This document shows positions 7,933 through 13,035 of a DNA stretch of 13,035 nucleotides, one piece after another (positions within the stretch are counted from its first letter, which is position 1; each line of letters begins with the position of its first letter). The stretch is from Candidatus Sulfobium sp. Its GTDB lineage: Bacteria; Nitrospirota; Thermodesulfovibrionia; Thermodesulfovibrionales; UBA6898. Where the stretch lies: assembly GCA_037380845.1 (NCBI GenBank), contig JARRRI010000049.1:1-13035 (forward strand), written 5' to 3'. The position numbers were made by a program, and so were the translations under genes. The notes beneath the pieces are model-generated. The model saw only the letters and a list, made by a program, of their open reading frames with translations, was not told where the DNA came from and made no database searches.

Positions 7933-9363
7933 ATGTCAGAGGACGAGGCGAAAAATGTTACGGATTATTGCGAGACTAAAGAATGCGCCGACGAGGCCCC
8001 GCAGAAACCCTTGCATATGGGATGGAAGGAGCTCTATCTGAAGGAGGATTGGTGGGCCATCTGGCTGGGGCTGGGCATTGTGGTCGTCGCCTGCCTGTTC
8101 TTCGCGGGCGGGTCGACGATCAAATGGATAGCCGTCACGCCGGGTAAATGGTCCGATTTCGGGCAGTTGTGGTCGGACTTCACCTCCCACATAAGCCAGT
8201 ATACAGTTCAGTTTGTCATGTGGACAGTGATCTTCGGCATAAGCCTTAAGGCTCTGAAGTTCAGGCTCTCGGAATTCTTCCCGTCTTTCGTGTTCATCTA
8301 TGTAATCTCCGTCGTCATCTTCATGATAGGCGCATGGGACCAGGCCCACCACTACAATCTGGAGCCGCCGCTTGTGGCCCTCATACTTGGGATGCTGATA
8401 TCCAACGTCATCGGCCTGCCGAAATGGATGGACGCCGGCTTCCGTGTCGAGTACTACATTAAAACGGGCATCGTCCTGCTGGGCGCAACACTGCCGTTCA
8501 CCCTGGTTATCTGGGCCGGTCCGGTGGCCATAATCCAGGCATCGATCGTATCGATTTCGACGTTTTTAGTCATCTATTTCGTCGGCAAGAAGATGGGCCT
8601 TGACCGAAGACTCTGCGCCACTCTGGGAGCAGGAGGGGCGGTCTGCGGCGTATCGGGCTCCATAGCGATAGCCGGAGCGGTGGGCGCCAGGAAAGAGGAC
8701 GCCCCGATTGCAATTACTATGGTCATACTCTGGGCCATTGTGATGATATTCTTCCTGCCGCTGATCTCCCGCGCCATGCATCTTGCAACCGGCGTGGCAG
8801 GGGCATGGATAGGGACATCGGAGTTCGCCGACGCCGCCGGCTTCGCCGCAGCCCAGGCCTACGGCAACCTTGCCGGCTCGGTAAAAGGCATTTCCGGAAG
8901 CCCCGAATCCGCCGTATGGGGCTTCACGCTGATGAAGGTCGTGGGCAGGGACATCTGGATCGGCATCTGGGCATTCGTGCTGGCGCTTGTCGCCACCACA
9001 AAGTGGGAAGTAAGAGAAAGCGGCAAGCCCCAGGCGGCCGAGATATGGTGGCGCTTCCCGAAGTTCGTTATAGGTTTTGCGGCAGCGTCCATCATGATGA
9101 CGGTCATAGCGAGCCATTACAGCTTCGCCGACTACAACAAGGTGGTCAAGCCCCTCCTGGTCGGCCCGGTAAAGGCACTCCGGACATGGGCCTTCATATT
9201 TTGCTTCCTGAGCATCGGCCTTACGACCCGCTTCCGGGAGCTGGCCAAAACGGGGGCAAAGCCCTTCTGGGCCTTTACGTCGGGGGTGGTCGTCAACGTG
9301 GCCATAGGCTTCATTTTGTCCGTCATCGTGTTCGCCGGCTACTGGTCGAACCTGGCCCACTGA
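7933..9363 (+). CDS. yeiH: YeiH/UPF0324-family putative sulfate (sulfite) exporter
   Basis: SD AAGGGGG precedes ATG 7933. Multi-TM protein with KEDWWAIWLG, EYYIKTGIVLLGA, GAGGAVCGVSGSIA, GAWIGTSEFADAAG, WWRFPKFVIGF and FLSIGLTTRF. Confidence 0.88.
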   Translation: MSEDEAKNVTDYCETKECADEAPQKPLHMGWKELYLKEDWWAIWLGLGIVVVACLFFAGGSTIKWIAVTPGKWSDFGQLWSDFTSHISQYTVQFVMWTVIFGISLKALKFRLSEFFPSFVFIYVISVVIFMIGAWDQAHHYNLEPPLVALILGMLISNVIGLPKWMDAGFRVEYYIKTGIVLLGATLPFTLVIWAGPVAIIQASIVSISTFLVIYFVGKKMGLDRRLCATLGAGGAVCGVSGSIAIAGAVGARKEDAPIAITMVILWAIVMIFFLPLISRAMHLATGVAGAWIGTSEFADAAGFAAAQAYGNLAGSVKGISGSPESAVWGFTLMKVVGRDIWIGIWAFVLALVATTKWEVRESGKPQAAEIWWRFPKFVIGFAAASIMMTVIASHYSFADYNKVVKPLLVGPVKALRTWAFIFCFLSIGLTTRFRELAKTGAKPFWAFTSGVVVNVAIGFILSVIVFAGYWSNLAH

Positions 9364-9375
9364 CACCACATCCGG

Positions 9376-9397
9376 CCGGCCCGCAGGAGCGGGCCGG
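9376..9397 (+). other. Intercistronic GC-rich hairpin after yeiH
   Basis: CCGGCCCGC-AGGA-GCGGGCCGG, a perfect 9 bp stem with no U-tract. Confidence 0.55.
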
Positions 9398-9424
9398 AGA
9401 GGACTGCATACGCGCGAAAGTAGA

Positions 9425-9664
9425 ATGGTCATGAGCCGCAAGAGCAATGAAGAGTGCTGTCTAAGGTGCGCACATTTCAATAATTCGCCGGAATACCTAG
9501 AGTCCGTATTCAAGGGGCTGACAACTCTGAGTTCGGCCTACTCCTCGGTCCGCAAGCAGGACGGGATATGCAGCCTCAGGGACTTGTACCTTTCGGCCGG
9601 CGGCTTGTGTGAGGATTTCAAGCCGGCCGTGACCGGCAGCACTCCCGGGCCTGAAGCTGTTTGA
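9425..9664 (+). CDS. Small cytoplasmic 4-Cys protein, putative HiPIP-like Fe-S/metal-binding (start 9425 or 9431)
   Basis: C12-x2-C15-A-H-F ... D-G-I-C49-x12-C62-E-D-F. No signal peptide. 61 nt downstream of yeiH on the same strand. Confidence 0.72.
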   Translation: MVMSRKSNEECCLRCAHFNNSPEYLESVFKGLTTLSSAYSSVRKQDGICSLRDLYLSAGGLCEDFKPAVTGSTPGPEAV

Positions 9665-9678
9665 ACGGTTATGAAAAC

Positions 9679-9702
9679 CGGTCTCAGCGGTGCATGAGAC
9701 CG
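9679..9702. terminator. Hairpin just after the small Cys protein
   Basis: CGGTCTCA-N8-TGAGACCG, a perfect 8 bp stem. The T-run (GTTTT) follows it on the minus strand only. Confidence 0.4.
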
Positions 9703-9918
9703 CAATGCCATGGCCGGTGATTGCGCCGGCCTGCCTTAAGTTCTATATGTGGTACGGCAACCGGGCTTGGCCCCCCCGCGAAGTGGACAAACGTACTCGC
9801 CGGACCCGGTTCTTTCTATTACCTGAGGAGAAGGGATAAGGCATAAGAAGCAAGTAGTAATTAAGGATAAAGAAGAGGCGGGGACGGCCTTTGCTTAGTG
9901 TGAATAAACCCTGTCCAC

Positions 9919-9946
9919 TTGACAGATACCGGAGCCCTGCTAGACT
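9919..9946 (+). promoter_or_regulatory. Sigma-70 promoter of the grx-ftr operon
   Basis: TTGACA (9919-9924), 16 nt spacer ending in TGC, TAGACT (9941-9946). Confidence 0.7.
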
Positions 9947-9964
9947 GTATTATGAAGTGGGGAT

Positions 9965-9989
9965 TGCAGAAATCAATCTCATTTTTGCA
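9965..9989. promoter_or_regulatory. Palindromic operator candidate downstream of the promoter
   Basis: TGCAGAAAT-CAATCTC-ATTTTTGCA, an 8/9 inverted repeat. Confidence 0.45.
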
Positions 9990-10030
9990 GTGACTTATAC
10001 CGACATACTAACCAATCAGGACGAACCAGC

Positions 10031-10282
10031 ATGACGGCTCCGGTCAAGATGTATACTCTCAGCACCTGTATACACTGCAGGGCTGCAAAGAAGTTTCTGG
10101 AGAATTGCGGAGTGGAGTACGAGTTCAGGGATGTCGATCTGGCTTCCGGAGAAGAACAACCCGAGCTCATCAACGAGGTGAAGAAATTTAATCCCCGCTG
10201 CACCTTTCCCACTATCATTATCGGCAATAAAATCATCGTCGGGTTCAGGGAAGAGGTGATCAGGGAGGCACTCGGCCTGTGA
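10031..10282 (+). CDS. Glutaredoxin/NrdH-like redoxin
   Basis: VKMYTLSTCIHCRAAKKFL (CxxC), TFPTIIIG cis-Pro motif, IVGF. Confidence 0.92.
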   Translation: MTAPVKMYTLSTCIHCRAAKKFLENCGVEYEFRDVDLASGEEQPELINEVKKFNPRCTFPTIIIGNKIIVGFREEVIREALGL

Positions 10283-10605
10283 TCAACGTCGATGAACTGT
10301 ATAAGATGCTTAAGAAAGCCCAGGAGTCGAGGGGATATTATTTTAATAAAGACAACGACATGGTCCGGGATCTTCTCGGCGGCCTTATCAGGAACAGGGG
10401 ACGCTATGGCTATATGTCATGCCCCTGCAGGCTTGCCACGGGCGATTATGGGAAAGACAGGGATATCATTTGCCCCTGTGTCTACCGGACGCCCGATGTG
10501 GCGGAGTTCGGGAGCTGTTACTGCGGTCTCTACGTCTCGAGAGACTGGAATGAAGGCAGGATTCCGCATGCCTACGTCCCCGAGAGAAGATCATTTCATT
10601 ACTAG
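10279..10605 (+). CDS. ftrB: Ferredoxin:thioredoxin reductase catalytic subunit (FTR-like)
   Basis: YGYMSCPCR, ICPCVY and GSCYCGLYV (CPC/CPC/CxC motifs). GTG start overlaps the grx TGA (GTGA). SD GGGAGG. Confidence 0.92.
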   Translation: MINVDELYKMLKKAQESRGYYFNKDNDMVRDLLGGLIRNRGRYGYMSCPCRLATGDYGKDRDIICPCVYRTPDVAEFGSCYCGLYVSRDWNEGRIPHAYVPERRSFHY

Positions 10606-10669
10606 CGTCCCGGGAGGCAGCATCTTTTTATGAACCCGGTGCCTTGAGAGAAGACAAAGGGAGGCAGGT

Positions 10670-10876
10670 ATGCCAAAGAAAAAAGACCCTGCAGCACCAT
10701 ACGGAGCCCGGTGGATGAATGAATGCGACGTTATCAGGTACAACCTTAAAATACCGGAGGACCTCAAGGAACAGATCAAGGGAGAAGCGTCGGAAAAGGA
10801 TATGGACATGAGCACTTATATTTGCGGACTCCTCACCGGCGACATAAAAAGGAAGAAGTCGCAGAAGCTTCGATAG
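10670..10876 (+). CDS. Arc/CopG-like ribbon-helix-helix DNA-binding protein
   Basis: SD GGGAGG. IRYNLKIPEDLKEQIKGEASEKDMDMSTYICGLL fits the RHH pattern (alternating beta-strand, P, helix A, turn, helix B). Confidence 0.7.
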   Translation: MPKKKDPAAPYGARWMNECDVIRYNLKIPEDLKEQIKGEASEKDMDMSTYICGLLTGDIKRKKSQKLR

Positions 10877-10928
10877 CCACGGCAGCCCTCCTGCCGGTGG
10901 AGGAGTTAAAAGCCGAGGAGGCGACACC

Positions 10929-11219
10929 ATGATTATACAGATCGTACGCTTTAAGTCGGGACTGTCAGACGAAGAGGTTGTCACGACGTACGAAGCCCGG
11001 GCTCCCCGGTATCGGGCCTTGAAGGGTCTCAAACAGAAGTATTACCTGAGATTCCCCGGGACGGGTGAACATGGGGCGGTTTATGTCTGGGAATCGGAAG
11101 CTGACTTGGAGGAGTTCCGGGAATCGGAACTTGGTCGCACCATCTCGACCGCTTACAAGGTCCAGGGCTCCGCTGACGTTCACACGGCCGAAGTGGTTAT
11201 GACACTCCGGCCTGCCTGA
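10929..11219 (+). CDS. YdhR-family protein (dimeric alpha+beta barrel, putative monooxygenase)
   Basis: SD GAGGAGG. GLKQKYYL...GEHGAVYVWESEAD motif. Confidence 0.78.
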   Translation: MIIQIVRFKSGLSDEEVVTTYEARAPRYRALKGLKQKYYLRFPGTGEHGAVYVWESEADLEEFRESELGRTISTAYKVQGSADVHTAEVVMTLRPA

Positions 11220-11338
11220 AGGCTGCAGAAACATAGCGGCTGATCCCGAGAGATGACTATCTGCCAGGACAGCCCCGGACAAGGGCTGATGAACGTCGTG
11301 CATTCAGCGCCTTACCGTTAAGAAACGGAGGTCTTCAG

Positions 11339-11731
11339 ATGAGTGATGAAAGATATCAGAGAGGCTGGGAAAAGCTTAAGGAGATCGACGGGGAAGCCGG
11401 CGAGAGGATCATCGAAAGTCTTAAGGATGTTTCACCCGATCTGGCGCGATACACAATCGAATTTCCTTTCGGGGATGTCTACTGTCGCCCGGGCCTGGAC
11501 CTCAGGTCCAGGGAGATCGCCACGGTGGCTGCGCTTACCGCCCTGGGCAATGCCCTTCCGGAGTTGAAGGTCCACATTAACGCGGCACTGAACGTCGGCT
11601 GCACCCGCGAGGAGATCAGGGAAGTCATCCTTCAGATGGCAGTCTATGCCGGGTTCCCCGCTGCTCTTAACGGGATGTTCGCGGCAAGGGACGTGTTCGC
11701 GGAAAGGGATGGAAAGGGAGAGAAAGGATAG
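11339..11731 (+). CDS. Carboxymuconolactone decarboxylase (CMD/AhpD-like) family protein
   Basis: SD GGAGG. RYQRGWEKL, FPFGDVYCRPGLDLRSREIATVAALTALG, LKVHINAALNVG, AVYAGFPAA. No CxxC. Confidence 0.92.
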   Translation: MSDERYQRGWEKLKEIDGEAGERIIESLKDVSPDLARYTIEFPFGDVYCRPGLDLRSREIATVAALTALGNALPELKVHINAALNVGCTREEIREVILQMAVYAGFPAALNGMFAARDVFAERDGKGEKG

Positions 11732-11874
11732 CTGCGCTGATGCACAGAAGACCGTGATACGAGGATTCCCGTGATGTCGAGGAAGGCGGGCATTTTCCCT
11801 GCCAACTCTCTTTGCCACTGAAGATAAGCCGGCCTGGTAATGTTAAGTTAAGCAGTTACAATATTAAAGATTCT

Positions 11875-11891
11875 ATGATATTGAATATCGT
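11875..11891. promoter_or_regulatory. AT-rich palindrome (Fur-box-like) upstream of the hydrolase
   Basis: ATGATATT-G-AATATCGT resembles the 7-1-7 TGATAAT-N-ATTATCA box and overlaps a TATGAT -10-like hexamer. Confidence 0.3.
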
Positions 11892-11944
11892 GGAAACCGT
11901 CTAATGTATGTAGGGTTTGATCTGAGAATCAGCAAATTACAACT

Positions 11945-12652
11945 ATGATAAATACCAACCTGTTCCTGTTGCCTGGGCTCCTGAACGATGCTCGTTTGTG
12001 GCAATACCAAATTTCAGGCCTTTCCGATGTGGCTCGCGCCGCCGTCGCCAATTTGACGGGTGCAGATTCGATTTCGACGCTTGCCTCCATTGCCTTGAGT
12101 CAAGCGCCGGACGGACGCTTTGCGCTGGCTGGTCTTTCCATGGGCGGGTATGTCGCACTCGAAATAATGCGGCAAGCGCCAGGACGCGTATCGGCTCTTG
12201 CGTTGCTTGATACCAGTGCACGGCCCGATACGGCTCAAGCAACAGAGGCTCGCAGAAATCTGATGCAACTTGCCGAAACGAATTTCCCCGCGGTTACTGA
12301 CACGTTGCTGCCGAGGCTCGTGCATCCATCTCACCTCACGAATACTTCGATCCTTGCAACAATTCGTGCGATGGCAGAAAGCGTTGGCAAAGATACTTTT
12401 TTGCGTCAACAACGTGCCATAATTGCGCGAATCGATAGCCGCCCGTTTCTCGACCAAATCCATTGCCCGACACTTGTGTTGTGCGGTCACGATGACGTAA
12501 TAACGCCTGTAGAGGTACACCAGGAATTGTATAGCGCAATCCCCAATTCCAGCCTTACGATTATCGAGGAGTGCGGACACCTTTCAACACTTGATAGGCC
12601 GCAGCAAGTTACGGATGCACTCAGAAAATGGCTTTTGAATGGTAATCCCTAA
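11945..12652 (+). CDS. Alpha/beta fold hydrolase
   Basis: LLPGLLND oxyanion loop, nucleophile elbow GLSMGG, acid region LCGHDDVITP, catalytic His CGHLS. Confidence 0.92.
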   Translation: MINTNLFLLPGLLNDARLWQYQISGLSDVARAAVANLTGADSISTLASIALSQAPDGRFALAGLSMGGYVALEIMRQAPGRVSALALLDTSARPDTAQATEARRNLMQLAETNFPAVTDTLLPRLVHPSHLTNTSILATIRAMAESVGKDTFLRQQRAIIARIDSRPFLDQIHCPTLVLCGHDDVITPVEVHQELYSAIPNSSLTIIEECGHLSTLDRPQQVTDALRKWLLNGNP

Positions 12653-12664
12653 CACATCATTAAC
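12647..12664 (+). other. Possible 5' half of an integron attC site (R'' box overlapping the hydrolase stop)
   Basis: CCCTAAC-ACATCATTAAC with the TAA stop inside the AAC box, as is typical of gene cassettes. The remainder of the attC is not found. Confidence 0.35.
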
Positions 12665-12679
12665 AGGGGACAGACTTTG

Positions 12680-12814
12680 GGGACGTCGATGACTTAGTTG
12701 ACTTGTGTGAGTGTGTGAGGAAGGCAATCATGGGAACGTGTGAGCAGCATGATGGCCGCAGCCGTCTCAAAGATGAGGAGGAAATGAGCAAGTTCACTAA
12801 TTCATCAACATCCC
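12680..12814. mobile_element. MITE/REPIN-like element with 26 bp imperfect terminal inverted repeats
   Basis: GGGACGTCGATGACTTAGTTGACTTG (12680-12705) versus the reverse complement of 12789-12814, GGGATGTTGATGAATTAGTGAACTTG: 21/26 identical, 83 bp interior. Confidence 0.6.
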
Positions 12815-12929
12815 TGCCTCCCCCTGCCCTGCAGAGCACAGATGATAATTTGTGGTCAGATGCGGGAGGGCGAATCAACAGATAAGTTCAATGATTCATC
12901 CCGTAAGTGCTAAAGAGCGCGGACAAATG

Positions 12930-13035
12930 GTAGGGTCAAGGAATGGCGAGTTGCCGTAGGTGTTGCCTTGTCCGTATCCGCCGTTTCCAGCTTCGTGCCC
13001 GTTTAGGCTCGCCATAGCACTTTTCCATCCCCTGC
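12930..13035 (-). mobile_element. Group II intron 3' end (domain VI with bulged branch adenosine and 3' splice site); the rest lies beyond the window
   Basis: Minus strand GCAGGGGATGG...GGGCACGAAGCTGGAAACGGCGGATAC...CCATTCCTTG-A-CCCTAC. The two ends pair with one unpaired A (12936) 7 nt from a terminal AC. Confidence 0.82.

Noticed and set aside
7312..7979. ORFs 7312-7608(-), 7599-7814(-), 7602-7979(+) and 7151-7630(+) in the divergent intergenic region
   Set aside because: No recognisable motifs or good SDs. They overlap the sigma-54 promoter or real genes.
9361..9423. Selenocysteine read-through of the yeiH TGA using the downstream hairpin as a SECIS
   Set aside because: The protein is already complete after its last TM helix. 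Read-through adds only 19 unremarkable residues before TAG, with no redox-motif context.
8566..9513. Long antisense and alternate-frame ORFs over yeiH, tolC, the adaptor, mscS and the hydrolase
   Set aside because: Shadow ORFs expected from GC-rich codon bias opposite well-supported genes.
9680..9701. Inverted BsaI sites (GGTCTC/GAGACC) suggesting engineered DNA
   Set aside because: They are simply the arms of a natural hairpin. No vector or synthetic features are nearby.
9880..9895. Second sigma-54-like site GGGGACGGCCTTTGCT upstream of grx
   Set aside because: Has GG-N10-GC but deviates in the TGGC core, and a near-consensus sigma-70 promoter lies closer to the gene.
12660..12885. ORFs 12703-12885(+) and 12660-12878(-)
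   Set aside because: They span the inverted-repeat element and show no protein-family features. At most they are a transposase remnant.
1..13035. CRISPR array, tRNA or rRNA
   Set aside because: No regularly spaced direct repeats or cloverleaf/rRNA signatures were seen.

Overview
Bacterial chromosomal window with a cluster of thiol/sulfur-redox and transport genes and a mobile-element patch at the right end. From left to right: 3' end of a DUF1289-type small Cys protein (missed by the ORF track), a membrane hybrid histidine kinase, an MscS channel (possible non-AUG start) and a secreted lactonase-like beta-propeller. Next is a minus-strand operon, SoxW-like thioredoxin -> TolC-family porin -> short periplasmic adaptor, which has a clean sigma-54 promoter and no inner-membrane pump. 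Divergent from it are a YeiH-family (putative sulfate/sulfite exporter) gene and a small 4-Cys HiPIP-like protein. A sigma-70-driven run follows: glutaredoxin, ferredoxin:thioredoxin reductase catalytic subunit, Arc/RHH DNA-binding protein, YdhR-family protein and CMD-family protein. The window ends with an alpha/beta hydrolase that looks like a relic integron cassette, a ~135 bp MITE/REPIN-like inverted-repeat element and the 3' end (domain VI) of a minus-strand group II intron that runs off the window. The best candidate for an undescribed system is the pump-less SoxW-TolC-adaptor operon, possibly working with the divergent YeiH/Fe-S pair. All family calls come from motif recognition by eye, with no database searches.
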